A DNA stretch of 50,416 bases from a virus (IMGVR_UViG_3300036822_000288:1-50416), one strand, 5' to 3'; shown: positions 1-9,072, counted from the first letter of the stretch. The notes: generated by a model from the letters alone, not told the origin. Program-made: numbers and translations.

Positions 1-919
1 TCAACCTACTTGTAAAAGATCGATCACGCACTGACTAATCATCAAATCAAGATGCGCACCGCCCGCATTTTTATAAACGGTAATGTCCTTATCCGTGCGC
101 TGGTGGTCAGAACGTTGGCACAGTTCGAAAAGATCTGCCTCAATCTGCTGTTCGCTCATCTCTCCGCTTTGTAGAGGAATTGCGATGTCCCCCGAAAGCA
201 GCGCGGCGGCGCGATCATCGACAAAGATTCGAGCCTTTTGTAGCAGTGCACCGTCAGCTTCCTGCATATCCGGGCGGTAACCGCCGACTAAATCGATATG
301 TGTACCCGGCTTGACCCAATTCCCTTTAATTACCGGGCTGGTGGCGCTGGTTGCCGTGGAAATGATGTCTGCGCGAGAAACGGCGGTGGCAAGATCGTCT
401 ACGATACGTGCGTTGATGCTCTGCTGGTGGAGGCTGTCTAACAGTGGATAAAGCTTCTCAGCGGAGCGATTCCACAGCAATACTTCTGAAATGCCCGGGC
501 GAACCTGTAAATGTGCCTGTACCAACGCTCGCGCAACAGGGCCCGCGCCAATCACCAGCAGCGTGTGGCTATCTGGGCGACTGAGAAACTGGGATGCCAA
601 TGCTGAGTCGGCTGCCGTTTTGAAACAGGTGATGGCGGGACCATCCAGAATGGCAGTTACCGCTTTTGTTGTCTGATCAAACACCACAAAAGCGGCGTGC
701 TCTGCTGGTAAGGGAGGCTGCGCCTGCACATTTTGCGGGTAGATGGAAGCGAGCTTAATACCCGCGCCATAGCCGGGCAGAATCACTCCGCGGCTGAACA
801 AGCCAAAGGCGCCATCGCCAATGAAATACTGGTCGCCAAGAGGACGTGCGCCCTGGTGTCCCCGCTCAAGCGCCTCAATTGCTGTTTTCCAACTTAACGT
901 TGCATTGATGTCCTGTGCA
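1..919 (-). pseudogene. 3' part of prophage-interrupted host ornithine cyclodeaminase/mu-crystallin family gene
   Basis: Motifs GIKLASIYPQN, ILDGPAITCFKTAADSALA, VIGAGPVA (Rossmann), GTHIDLVGG, VYKNAGGAHLDL; frame open from 918 to stop at 1-3; native start missing (in-frame TAG just upstream on phage side). Confidence 0.9.
907..919. repeat. att core, integrase-proximal junction (GATGTCCTGTGCA)
   Basis: Exact 13-bp match to 50390-50402. Confidence 0.93.
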
Positions 920-945
920 CAACATCTCTTCTAAGTGCAATGAAT

Positions 946-2247
946 TTAAATGAATTTTCTGATTTCCAATTTGTCTTGGGGCACCAGTGGGGCATTTCTT
1001 CCCAATTTCTGGTTTAACATCTCCACTTGATCGATACTGTTTTCTGGCATCCAGGAGCCATAAACGGTATAAACCATCTGTGCACTTGAATGCCCCAATT
1101 GCGAAGCGATGAACGATGGATTTGCTCCAGCTGTTAGCAACCAGCATGCAAATGTGTGCCGTGATTGATAAGCCTTGCGATGCTTCAATCCGGCCTTCTT
1201 CATTATCGAGTCCCACATGGCACTGAGGGAACCAACGGCATAATGGTGCCCTCTATTATTGCCGGTTGCATTGAGTTTTGGCGAAAAGATAAAAGTGCAG
1301 CGGTGCGTTCTTTTCCTGTCATATTCCCTTAGTTTGATCTCAATCAGGTGTTGCTTACTCACCCGAGTAAGCTCTGCCTGATTCCTAAGCGCTTCTATGG
1401 CTGGAGCGACAAGATAAATAACCCTGTCGGTACCAGCATCCGTTTTTGGCAAAGTGAAGTCACCAAGTGAAGTTAAGTTTCTTCTTACTGTCAACGTCCC
1501 CGCCTTCAGGTCTACATCCTCCCACGCGAGGCTTACCAGCTCACCGTGTCGAACCCCTGTGTAAAATGCTACAGTCCATAAATTAGCGATCTGTCTGGTT
1601 CGACATGCACCGACAAAGCGTTCGAACTCTGCCTTGCTTAAAGGATCCGGCTCTGCTTTAGACTTCTTAAGCGCTGTTATGGAACCGAACGGGTTTGATG
1701 ATGTATACCCATTATCAGCTGCGAACCGAAACATTCCGCTAAAAATTGCCATATAGTGGTTAACAGTTGGCACCTTGCGACCCGAAGCTATTTCTGACTG
1801 TCTGGACCTGGGGTTATGTGGACCAGTTAGAATTTCCTTTCTAAAGAAGAGAACATCTTCCTTTGATATGGCAGAAACCATTTTTGCAGGCCCTAGTTTA
1901 GGAACCATATTGGTTACAACAGAAACGTATCGTCGTAGTGTATTGGCGCTAATTTCAAGCTTCTTCAGATCCAGCCATTTACCCGCAAGTTCACTAACGC
2001 TTATTTCCTTACTGTTAAGGCCAAATCGCTTCAGATTCACCGAATCAGGAAACTGTGAGGCATAATTGAAGTTTCCCATTTTGATGGCGAAGCATACTGA
2101 TGACCGTAACTCACCAGCCACCTTTCTGTTTTTGGCGGTGTCAGGCACGCCAAGGTTCTCTCTTACCCTTTGACCTCTGAAATTAAACCAGATGCGGAGC
2201 GAACCGCCGTGTTTTTCTACGCCCGTTGGGTATGTTGTATTGCTCAT
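946..2247 (-). CDS. int: Tyrosine integrase with N-terminal arm-binding domain
   Basis: YPTGVEKHGGSLRIWF N-terminus; catalytic TGVRHGE, YQSRHT, LGHS, VY motifs; adjacent to att. Confidence 0.96.
   Translation of the reverse strand: MSNTTYPTGVEKHGGSLRIWFNFRGQRVRENLGVPDTAKNRKVAGELRSSVCFAIKMGNFNYASQFPDSVNLKRFGLNSKEISVSELAGKWLDLKKLEISANTLRRYVSVVTNMVPKLGPAKMVSAISKEDVLFFRKEILTGPHNPRSRQSEIASGRKVPTVNHYMAIFSGMFRFAADNGYTSSNPFGSITALKKSKAEPDPLSKAEFERFVGACRTRQIANLWTVAFYTGVRHGELVSLAWEDVDLKAGTLTVRRNLTSLGDFTLPKTDAGTDRVIYLVAPAIEALRNQAELTRVSKQHLIEIKLREYDRKRTHRCTFIFSPKLNATGNNRGHHYAVGSLSAMWDSIMKKAGLKHRKAYQSRHTFACWLLTAGANPSFIASQLGHSSAQMVYTVYGSWMPENSIDQVEMLNQKLGRNAPLVPQDKLEIRKFI
977..994. promoter_or_regulatory. 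Putative integrase arm-type sites (2x TGGGGCA, 11-bp period)
   Basis: Same paired heptamer with the same period occurs inside the other prophage end (50254-50271). Confidence 0.7.
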
Positions 2248-2302
2248 TTGTCCCTCCTGGCGCCCAGGAGCTTCGCCAGCATAACTATTTCCTTACTACT
2301 GG

Positions 2303-2536
2303 TCACGAAGCAGGGTGCTTTTGTCCGGCAATCCAGGCATCAATCGCCTTGCGGTTATACATGCACTCGCTGTTATGGCGTGGCTCGTTCTCTGGCGAGA
2401 TATGCTTGTACTCACGCCCCATCAGCCAAGATTTTTTGCGGGCGCGCTCAATTGTTCCCGGCTTTAAACCGGTTACTGCGATAAGCAATTTTTCTGTCAC
2501 CCATTCATTGGGCACAATTTGGATCACGTTTTCCAT
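2303..2536 (-). CDS. xis: Excisionase (DUF1233-like)
   Basis: PNEWVTEKLLIAVTGLKPGTI...YNRKAIDAWI; directly upstream of int. Confidence 0.88.
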   Translation of the reverse strand: MENVIQIVPNEWVTEKLLIAVTGLKPGTIERARKKSWLMGREYKHISPENEPRHNSECMYNRKAIDAWIAGQKHPAS

Positions 2537-2605
2537 TGGCTCTCCGGATGTTGGTATATGACAACAAATAGGGTTAATCGGGTGGGATGTGGCTATATGG
2601 CAACA

Positions 2606-2710
2606 TCACTTAGATTCAGGCCATAGCCAGGCGATGATGATTAAAGCAATTAGGGCAACCCACTGAAGCAGGTCGCCAAGGGTTATGGGTTCGTCGCAGG
2701 TGGTGGTCAT
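2606..2710 (-). CDS. 34-aa membrane peptide
   Basis: MTTTCDEPITLGDLLQWVALIALIIIAWLWPESK; ATGA overlap with upstream ORF; below ORF-track cutoff. Confidence 0.5.
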   Translation of the reverse strand: MTTTCDEPITLGDLLQWVALIALIIIAWLWPESK

Positions 2711-2871
2711 GCGTACCACTTGTCGATTTTGTCGTACTCCTCGACCACATCCCCATAGCCGAGCGACTTCAGCAGGTCGCAAATCACATCATCTGCATTC
2801 ACATGGGCAATCTCTTTGTCCCTGAGCCCCTGGAGGATGAGCAACTTCGCCAGCGCTTCTTCTCTGGACAT
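2707..2871 (-). CDS. 54-aa hypothetical protein
   Basis: MSREEALAKLLILQGLRDKEIAHVNADDVICDLL...; AGGAG RBS. Confidence 0.7.
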   Translation of the reverse strand: MSREEALAKLLILQGLRDKEIAHVNADDVICDLLKSLGYGDVVEEYDKIDKWYA

Positions 2872-2880
2872 AACAACTCC

Positions 2881-3135
2881 TTAGTCGAAGAACCTGATGG
2901 TGTAAGCTTTACCCCAGCCAACGCCAGAGCAGACTACACCGTTAACCTGCGCGCCGGTCTGCGTGGTGGCGGTGAATCCGGTGTGATAGAAATCCTCCTT
3001 GCCGCAACCAAACCATGAGTAACCGGTTTGCTTCACGTCCTTGTAGCCATTCTGAGCAAGTACCTTTCCTGCTCCTTCAGGGTCGGTGCAGGCAGATGAC
3101 AGAAACACTAAAGCGGCACATGCAATGATGCGCAT
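2881..3135 (-). CDS. Putative phage lipoprotein
   Basis: Signal peptide ending LSSAC; AGGAG RBS. Confidence 0.75.
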   Translation of the reverse strand: MRIIACAALVFLSSACTDPEGAGKVLAQNGYKDVKQTGYSWFGCGKEDFYHTGFTATTQTGAQVNGVVCSGVGWGKAYTIRFFD

Positions 3136-3179
3136 AACAACTCCTCACGCAGAGCGAGATAAAGGTTAATGGGGGGGGA

Positions 3180-3491
3180 TTACTTCAGTGTGATGTGGGG
3201 AATTTGCCCGGCAGCGATAGCATCAAGCACTCGGATTGTGACATCTGAATCGATATCAAGCCTCTCCAGCGCATAAAGAGCTTCATGGCGCTTTCGATTT
3301 TCTTCGGTACGGAACTCGTCACAGTAATGAAGCGTTCCTGTGTGAATGCATTTCACTGCACACTCGTTTGCAAATTGCCAAAGCACTAAGCAATTTTGCC
3401 ACTCCCACTTAAGGCTCCCAAATCTCGGAAAGTAACCTTCGCAAAAACAACCAACTGGTGGCAATCCATCTCCATTCCATTCAATACTCAT
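3180..3491 (-). CDS. Hypothetical phage protein
   Basis: MSIEWNGDGLPPVGCFCE...; GGAGG RBS and ATGA overlap support start at 3491. Confidence 0.75.
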   Translation of the reverse strand: MSIEWNGDGLPPVGCFCEGYFPRFGSLKWEWQNCLVLWQFANECAVKCIHTGTLHYCDEFRTEENRKRHEALYALERLDIDSDVTIRVLDAIAAGQIPHITLK

Positions 3492-3700
3492 GCCACCCTC
3501 CGATGTCTCTGCGCCCACAATTCCTTCTCATGGTCTTCCCGGCACTCACTGCAACAATAGCTTGTCCCTTCAAGTGATGGCTCGCCGCAGTCTGCATTCA
3601 AGCAAACCGGTGAGCGCGGCGCGGGTATCGGGCGATTAGCCAGCGCTATCTCTGTGTTGAGGATTTCGAGGTCTGATGCGTTATCTGCTTCATCGCACAT
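3488..3700 (-). CDS. TraR/DksA-like zinc-finger protein
   Basis: N-terminal DEADNA (DxxDxA) plus C-x4-C...CCxxC. Confidence 0.7.
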   Translation of the reverse strand: MCDEADNASDLEILNTEIALANRPIPAPRSPVCLNADCGEPSLEGTSYCCSECREDHEKELWAQRHRRVA

Positions 3701-3965
3701 TTTCCATCTCCTTAAATGCCTGCTCACACTGCAAAGCCACGCGGTTAATGTGCTGCTCCATCGCCTGCAGCGACTGCACATCTGACAGTTGCACATCCAG
3801 GTGAATCAGCCCGGTAATCGCTTGGCTGAATTTTGGGTAGTAGCCGACGAGTGACAGGTATTCGCTGCCAGCGTTCTTTCCTTCCTTGACTGTCTTCTTC
3901 TCCTGAACGATGTACTGATACTGGTCAGCGGTCAGGACGTATTTGTCGCCGATGTCGATTTGCAT
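3690..3965 (-). CDS. DUF5405-like phage protein
   Basis: IDIGDKYVLTADQYQYIVQEKK...VGYYPK pattern. Confidence 0.75.
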   Translation of the reverse strand: MQIDIGDKYVLTADQYQYIVQEKKTVKEGKNAGSEYLSLVGYYPKFSQAITGLIHLDVQLSDVQSLQAMEQHINRVALQCEQAFKEMENVR

Positions 3966-3989
3966 GGTATTTCTCCAAAATTTGAGCGT

Positions 3990-4010
3990 AAAAAAACCTG
4001 CCGGGGCAGG
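3990..4010 (-). terminator. Rho-independent terminator
   Basis: CCTGC..GCAGG hairpin + T7 on minus strand. Confidence 0.7.
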
Positions 4011-4190
4011 TTATGTTTTTTTCTCTGTATTGTCTTTGGGTGTGTCATCAGGCCACGGCTCATCGCTTAGCGGTCCACTATCACCGCATTCTGCACACAC
4101 CCAGTCGCCAGTCCTGATTCCTCTGACAATTTCTTTGCTGATAGCAAATGAGCCACACTCAGGACACTTCTTTGGTTTATAACGAGCCAT
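4011..4190 (-). CDS. 59-aa zinc-ribbon protein (moron-like)
   Basis: MARYKPKKCPECGSFAISKEIVRGIRTGDWVCAECGDSGPL...; GAGG RBS; AT-rich upstream; own terminator; not in ORF track. Confidence 0.75.
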   Translation of the reverse strand: MARYKPKKCPECGSFAISKEIVRGIRTGDWVCAECGDSGPLSDEPWPDDTPKDNTEKKT

Positions 4191-4335
4191 AATTGATTCA
4201 ACCTCGATATTTTCTCCATTACAATTTGCTGCATTCTCTATAGGAATTCCATAAGAAAAAATTTAATCAAGAATTAAATTTTCAACTGGATTAATTCAAA
4301 TAAAACCGCTTTCGCGGCTATCGGTAGGTGAGCAC

Positions 4336-4755
4336 TCAAGTGGTGCTGTCGGTGGGTGGACTGAAGTGATTGATGCCTCGGCGCCAAATATCCTTGATGG
4401 TCGACCAGTCAATCATAATGGATTCTTCCCACTGGCCTTTATCGCCGCAATCCTCGCACCCTTCGCCAGCGCACTCATGACAGGTTATGGTATGCCTTAC
4501 ATAGAACTCAGCAGAAAGCGCGAACTTCGCTCCGTTCTCAGCAGTCAGTTCTCGCGGCACAGCAACGAAGCCATCTGGCAACTTGTAAGGCTGACTTACA
4601 GGTTGGTTGCGCAGAGCCTCACTCTCCCTGCGACGTCGCAATTCCAGCAGCAGGCATAGTAATTCCGCATCTTCACCACCACTCCCCATTGCTTCCATGG
4701 TTTCAATCCATGCGCCTAATCCGCCATCAGGTTTACGCTGCTCATCGCTTATCAT
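4336..4755 (-). CDS. Hypothetical protein with CxxC-x4-CxxC motif
   Basis: LPDGFVAVPRELTAENGAK...CHECAGEGCEDC. Confidence 0.7.
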   Translation of the reverse strand: MISDEQRKPDGGLGAWIETMEAMGSGGEDAELLCLLLELRRRRESEALRNQPVSQPYKLPDGFVAVPRELTAENGAKFALSAEFYVRHTITCHECAGEGCEDCGDKGQWEESIMIDWSTIKDIWRRGINHFSPPTDSTT

Positions 4756-5119
4756 CGCTGCCACCTTTAGCTGCATCGGCGCGGAGTTGGTTGCGATCTG
4801 GTGACTGTAGGTAGTGGTTGATTATCGCGGTGATGACTAATTCTGTGTCTTTGACATAAACACTATCTTCATCGCAATGAATCTTAGCAGTGTCGTGAAA
4901 AACGTCTGTTAGCCTATTCATCAGGTTCTCATCTGGATAAACCGGGATGAATATCGCGTCGCGGCGGGCAATCTCTTTCTGCGCCATATCCAACTTCTGC
5001 TGCAGGGCTGCGTAGTCTTCGTACTTAACGAACCTTCCTTCCAGGTGCGGCGGGACCGGCCATACGTCGAAAATTCCATCTGAATCTTCAGCTAGGTCGT
5101 ACCTGATTACTTCGCTCAT
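4742..5119 (-). CDS. Hypothetical phage protein
   Basis: ORF in early-left operon with RBS. Confidence 0.7.
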   Translation of the reverse strand: MSEVIRYDLAEDSDGIFDVWPVPPHLEGRFVKYEDYAALQQKLDMAQKEIARRDAIFIPVYPDENLMNRLTDVFHDTAKIHCDEDSVYVKDTELVITAIINHYLQSPDRNQLRADAAKGGSDDKR

Positions 5120-5128
5120 ATTTACCCC

Positions 5129-5524
5129 TTATTCGCCAACCGGCCACAGGCCAGCCTTGATTAATCTGGCGCGGCGCTGTGCCGCCTCTGTGTTAATTCG
5201 CTGGCTGTCATTGGTAGCCATGCCGAAAGCGCGCCATGAAACGACGATCGCCTTAGGGTTTTTGTGAGTGATTCGCTTTGTGCTGACCAGCGTGTAAGTG
5301 AAGTCGGTGCATCCATCCACCGGCACCGGGTCGCTGGCAGTAATTACCGCCGTCTCACCGCGCAGGCAGCCGCGCATGATGCTGTTGAACTGTCCGAGTG
5401 ACATACGGAAAAGGGCGCTTAATTCGCGCCCTGTTTTTGGTCCCTTACTCAGCTGCCAGACGGCTCGCTCCTTGAAACCGCTGTTAGGCGCAGCGTTGCG
5501 CCGGTACTGTGCAAGTTTGCGCAT
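5129..5524 (-). CDS. Hypothetical, possibly winged-helix DNA-binding protein
   Basis: Basic; LSKGPKTGRELSALFRMS HTH-like segment. Confidence 0.65.
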   Translation of the reverse strand: MRKLAQYRRNAAPNSGFKERAVWQLSKGPKTGRELSALFRMSLGQFNSIMRGCLRGETAVITASDPVPVDGCTDFTYTLVSTKRITHKNPKAIVVSWRAFGMATNDSQRINTEAAQRRARLIKAGLWPVGE

Positions 5525-5526
5525 GG

Positions 5527-6426
5527 CTACGCTCCCGCTTCATCCAGCTCCGCTTTGCGGATCAGATAAACGTCAGTGGCTTTCTCAAGGTGTACGGTGC
5601 TGTCAGCCAGCACCTTCGCCGCGTACTTGTAGAAGCGATCAAGACTCGAAACAGAATCAGCATTGGCTGAAGCTTCGGTAAAATCGGCCAGCAGCTGATC
5701 CGGCGAGCGCGGTGCATCATTGGTGCTCGTCGCCGGGTTAATTTCGCGCTCAGTCTGCTGTGTTTCGGGCTTGTTGTTGATAAGGTTGTTCAGGTCGGCA
5801 CGGCTGCGCGCCGGGGTGACATCGCGCTCTGCGCGCTGCTGAGGCTCAAATTCGTCTGGCGTGTACACACCAAGAATCACGTCAGGGCAGTACAGGCGCG
5901 CCCAGTATTTGACGGCCAGATAAGCAAGCTGCTGCTTTGGTGCTGTTTTCCAGAGCGGGGAGTTACGCGTGGTGACGTACTCCATGAACAGTGGTTCACC
6001 CCAGGTGATTTCCGTTTCACCGCGCAGCACCGCGCCGACGCGCACAAACAGGCCGCGCTCATTGGATGCGTTCGCTGCTCCCGGCTTAAACTTCTCCCAG
6101 TCGCCGCCGTATTCGTATTTGAAGCGGCCCTGAACGGCTGTTGAGCTGGTGATCACCGCGTTAACCAGTTGGGCCTCATAACCCAGCGTGCCGTTTACCA
6201 GGTGCGTTTTTTGCGCCACTGCGTAGGGATTCATTCCCCACTGTGCCGCCTGCAGCGCGATCGCCAGGCAGTCAGCAGGCTTTCCGGCCAGATGCCCCGG
6301 CACCGTTGCGCGGCCTTCGGCCATCACATTGGCAAACGCCTGTAACTTCTGCAGGCCGCTTGGGCTGAAGATGGCTGCTTTAGTATCAGCCTCATTGACT
6401 GGTGACTGCGTCAGTTCGTTGCTCAT
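5527..6426 (-). CDS. recT: RecT-family single-strand annealing protein
   Basis: GKPADCLAIALQAAQWGMNPYAVAQKTHLVNGTLGYEAQL; follows exonuclease gene. Confidence 0.9.
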   Translation of the reverse strand: MSNELTQSPVNEADTKAAIFSPSGLQKLQAFANVMAEGRATVPGHLAGKPADCLAIALQAAQWGMNPYAVAQKTHLVNGTLGYEAQLVNAVITSSTAVQGRFKYEYGGDWEKFKPGAANASNERGLFVRVGAVLRGETEITWGEPLFMEYVTTRNSPLWKTAPKQQLAYLAVKYWARLYCPDVILGVYTPDEFEPQQRAERDVTPARSRADLNNLINNKPETQQTEREINPATSTNDAPRSPDQLLADFTEASANADSVSSLDRFYKYAAKVLADSTVHLEKATDVYLIRKAELDEAGA

Positions 6427-7244
6427 GCGTAATCCTTTCTCTTGGCCCACTCAGGGCGCGTGATTTCTTCAATGCCGCCCCAGTTACCTGACTGCATGCA
6501 TTCGTGGTAGGCGGTCAGGTCGCGGCGGAACAGGTCATAACCGACTGAAACGTCATCCTCGCCGAGTTGGAAAACGCGAACCGGATACCGGCCGCAATCA
6601 ATTGACTCGCTAACGGCGATGAAAACGAAAAGCGGGTATTCGCCAAAGTGCTTGCTGTAGCCTTCGCGGTAGTAGGCGTCCTGAACGTGATAGCGGAACT
6701 CTTCGACGTGGCGCGCAAATCGGCTCATGTCCGCGACTTTCTTCACGTCCACGATCACTGGCTGGCCGGTCAGGAATTTATCCGGGCGAATACGGCATAG
6801 CTCGCCGGTTTGGTCATCGTTCCAGTAAATCGATGCTTCCTGATGCCCTTCGACTTCGAGAAGCCAGCGGGCGGCGGGATGGGCGAGGGCGCTGGCACGC
6901 ATCAGTTTCAGTTTTCGCCCCTGCTCGGCATCCATCACCGTCATACCAAGCCCTGAGCAGTCCTTCAGAAACGCCTGCTCGTTCGCTTTACCTTCGTTGG
7001 TGCGGCGGTTGAACTCCGGCGCAACGATAAACCGCTTGTCGAACTCTTCCGGCTCCAGCAGCAGGCAGTGAAGCGCGGTGCCCATATCGAGCGCCGCTTT
7101 CTTCTCTTCATCTTCAGGTGCCTCTTTGCGCCACTGGAAAATGGCTGGGTTGATCGCAATGTCATCTAGCTGCGACTTACTGATGCCGGCGCCGTGGTGA
7201 TACGCTTCGTTGCTGATGTCGAAATAAATGCCAGGCTCCATCAC
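6423..7244 (-). CDS. recE: RecE/ExoVIII-like PD-(D/E)XK exonuclease (catalytic domain only)
   Basis: GIYFDISNEAYH, GTALHCLLLEP, CRIRPDK, IVDVKK, YHVQDAYY. Confidence 0.9.
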   Translation of the reverse strand: MMEPGIYFDISNEAYHHGAGISKSQLDDIAINPAIFQWRKEAPEDEEKKAALDMGTALHCLLLEPEEFDKRFIVAPEFNRRTNEGKANEQAFLKDCSGLGMTVMDAEQGRKLKLMRASALAHPAARWLLEVEGHQEASIYWNDDQTGELCRIRPDKFLTGQPVIVDVKKVADMSRFARHVEEFRYHVQDAYYREGYSKHFGEYPLFVFIAVSESIDCGRYPVRVFQLGEDDVSVGYDLFRRDLTAYHECMQSGNWGGIEEITRPEWAKRKDYA

Positions 7245-7558
7245 GCCACCTCGTCGTAACTGTGTTTGTGCTTCCAGATTTCAATCGCCCGCTCGCGCTT
7301 CGCGGCGGTGATCATCATGTCGCGCATGAATGCGTCGGCAGCCATCTCCAGCTCATCATCCATGTCGAACATGCCCATGGCTTCGTGATCGAAATGTCTA
7401 AGCAAGTAGGCGCAGGCTGGCGCTACGATTGGGCTCATGTGACGCTGATCCAGAATGTTGTCAATGCGGGCTGCGATGATTTGCATCTCGTCATCAGGCA
7501 GGCTGTCGGCAATGGCCTGAACCTCCTTGCCGTCTTTGTCGTGCAACCGGAATTTCAT
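7241..7558 (-). CDS. Possible Gam-like host-nuclease inhibitor
   Basis: Acidic 105 aa in the gam position; LLRH...FDMDDE...MRDMMITAA resembles lambda Gam LQRH...FDDDVE...IRYMVETIA by eye. Confidence 0.5.
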   Translation of the reverse strand: MKFRLHDKDGKEVQAIADSLPDDEMQIIAARIDNILDQRHMSPIVAPACAYLLRHFDHEAMGMFDMDDELEMAADAFMRDMMITAAKRERAIEIWKHKHSYDEVA

Positions 7559-7692
7559 TTGCGCTCTCCCATGCCGAAAGCTCTCAGCATCTGGTTGATA
7601 AAAGTGAAATCCTTTGTCTGCTCAAGCATCTGGCGCTGGCGCTCAAGCTCTTCCTGCTGCTTCTGATACTGCTTAGTCTGCTGCTGGCTCAT
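7555..7692 (-). CDS. 45-aa Gln-rich protein in the kil position
   Basis: MSQQQTKQYQKQQEELERQRQMLEQTKDFTFINQMLRAFGMGERK; ATGA overlaps on both sides. Confidence 0.65.
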   Translation of the reverse strand: MSQQQTKQYQKQQEELERQRQMLEQTKDFTFINQMLRAFGMGERK

Positions 7693-7841
7693 GGCTGCCC
7701 CGGCTGATTTAAAGTGTCCATAAGAGAGCGCCAGCCTTTCTTAACGCTGGTGCGGATGCGGCCGATAACGCGGTCGAGTTGTGACTCATTTAACTGAGCA
7801 GCGCCCATGCTGACGCCGCCCGCGATGGAATAGCTCATCAT
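7689..7841 (-). CDS. cIII: CIII (FtsH inhibitor)
   Basis: MMSYSIAGG...ESQLDRVIGRIRTSVKKGWRSLMDTLNQPGQP matches lambda CIII pattern ESLLERITRKLRDGWKRLIDILNQPG; not in ORF track. Confidence 0.85.
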   Translation of the reverse strand: MMSYSIAGGVSMGAAQLNESQLDRVIGRIRTSVKKGWRSLMDTLNQPGQP

Positions 7842-7996
7842 GGGTATTGCTCCTGAAATTGGGTGACTGGTGTTGGAAAAAAGAACGGCACCATTGCGGT
7901 GCCGAAGGATGATACTTTCTGGTTCTGGAAGCCCTCTAAGGCGGTGATGCAGAATGCATCGTCATGCCGTCAGAGATAACGGCATTGCGGTGTCAC

Positions 7997-8176
7997 TCAT
8001 AATCTGAATTTTGCCAATAACTCAGGAGCTACAATCTCGTTGAACTCCATCTCATCAAGCAATTTGATAAACCCCTCTTCGCTCATATCCTCGTCTTTGC
8101 AGAATCTTATGAACCTATTGCAGTTCTCATTAACGAAGCCTCTGATAATAAATGGCGTCAATCCCGTAAGTTTCAT
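7997..8176 (-). CDS. 59-aa hypothetical protein
   Basis: MKLTGLTPFIIRGFVNENCNRFIRFCKDEDMSEEG...; GGAGG RBS. Confidence 0.6.
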   Translation of the reverse strand: MKLTGLTPFIIRGFVNENCNRFIRFCKDEDMSEEGFIKLLDEMEFNEIVAPELLAKFRL

Positions 8177-8188
8177 CTCATCCTCCTG

Positions 8189-8401
8189 TCATCTGTTACT
8201 GGCCCGTGCGGCTAGCATTGCACCCGCGACTTGGTATGCTTCTCTGGCAACCCATATGGCGGAGTCCCGGGTCACGTTATCTATCATGTGATGGTTTGCC
8301 AGAATCCCCTGCATAGCCTTTGCTGCCAGATAATCCCTAAGCTGCATCCCGTCATTTGCGCTTCCAGAGCCCGGAAACGCCATTGCTTCTTTAGCCATCA
8401 C
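8189..8401 (-). CDS. Conserved small phage protein (GM-LRDY-AAKAMQG family)
   Basis: AFP...GMQLRDYLAAKAMQG...AYQVAGAMLAAR pattern. Confidence 0.8.
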   Translation of the reverse strand: MMAKEAMAFPGSGSANDGMQLRDYLAAKAMQGILANHHMIDNVTRDSAIWVAREAYQVAGAMLAARASNR

Positions 8402-8461
8402 TCACTCCCTCATGTCCGGCATTACCGAACTACTGATAAAAATAAACCCGCTAGGGGCGGG

Positions 8462-8665
8462 CTATGCTCTTGCTAATTGCTTCAACGCGTCTCGACTCAA
8501 ACCTTCCATCGCCATGCGCTGCTTGCACAAGCTGACAGTTTCAGCGCTGCGGTCACGAACATCCTGCGGCAATCTCTCATCATCTCGGCGCGCTTCAGCT
8601 TCGATTAAGCACTGATAAAGCATCTTCCATTCCATACTCACCTCTATAAGTTCTGCTGCGTCCAC
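8462..8665 (-). CDS. Hypothetical protein
   Basis: ORF in operon orientation, followed by hairpin at 8443-8461; start uncertain. Confidence 0.6.
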   Translation of the reverse strand: MDAAELIEVSMEWKMLYQCLIEAEARRDDERLPQDVRDRSAETVSLCKQRMAMEGLSRDALKQLARA

Positions 8666-8682
8666 GCCGTTAACACGGTACC

Positions 8683-8949
8683 TTACTCGGCGATTAGCCC
8701 ACCCAATACGCGCTCTGCCACCTGTTTGGCATCCAGCAACTTCTCCAGCCTTGAATTGACATTGGTGCGCTGAATGGTCAGGGCTTCCATCAGAAATTCC
8801 TGGTCCGCATACGAGCGGAATTCGCTGTTATTTGCGGCAGTAATGATGAGGGTTAGCTTATGTTTATCAACTACATCAATGAGTTGATTCACCTTATAAA
8901 CTGCTCGCTCCGTTTCCTGAATCTGATTCAGAAGGTCTTTAATTTCCAT
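8683..8949 (-). CDS. Hypothetical coiled-coil protein
   Basis: ORF with AGGA RBS. Confidence 0.7.
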   Translation of the reverse strand: MEIKDLLNQIQETERAVYKVNQLIDVVDKHKLTLIITAANNSEFRSYADQEFLMEALTIQRTNVNSRLEKLLDAKQVAERVLGGLIAE

Positions 8950-8971
8950 GTGATTTCCTAAATTAAATTGA

Positions 8972-9055
8972 CTAACAAGTTGTTGTACTCAACCAACCAG
9001 CCACCATAAGCAAAGCAATGACCAGCCAGACTATGGCGTTATCTGTGTTGCTCAT
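8972..9055 (-). CDS. 27-aa membrane peptide
   Basis: MSNTDNAIVWLVIALLMVAGWLSTTTC; GGAG RBS right after terminator. Confidence 0.5.
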   Translation of the reverse strand: MSNTDNAIVWLVIALLMVAGWLSTTTC

Positions 9056-9072
9056 GGGTGGCTCCAGATAAG

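Noticed and set aside
875-1216. 113-aa minus-strand ORF crossing the att core as a replacement N-terminus
   Set aside because: Out of frame with the host gene, stops at 875 and mostly overlaps int
3171-3178. G8 tract as a phase-variation site
   Set aside because: Short, intergenic, not within a recognisable promoter
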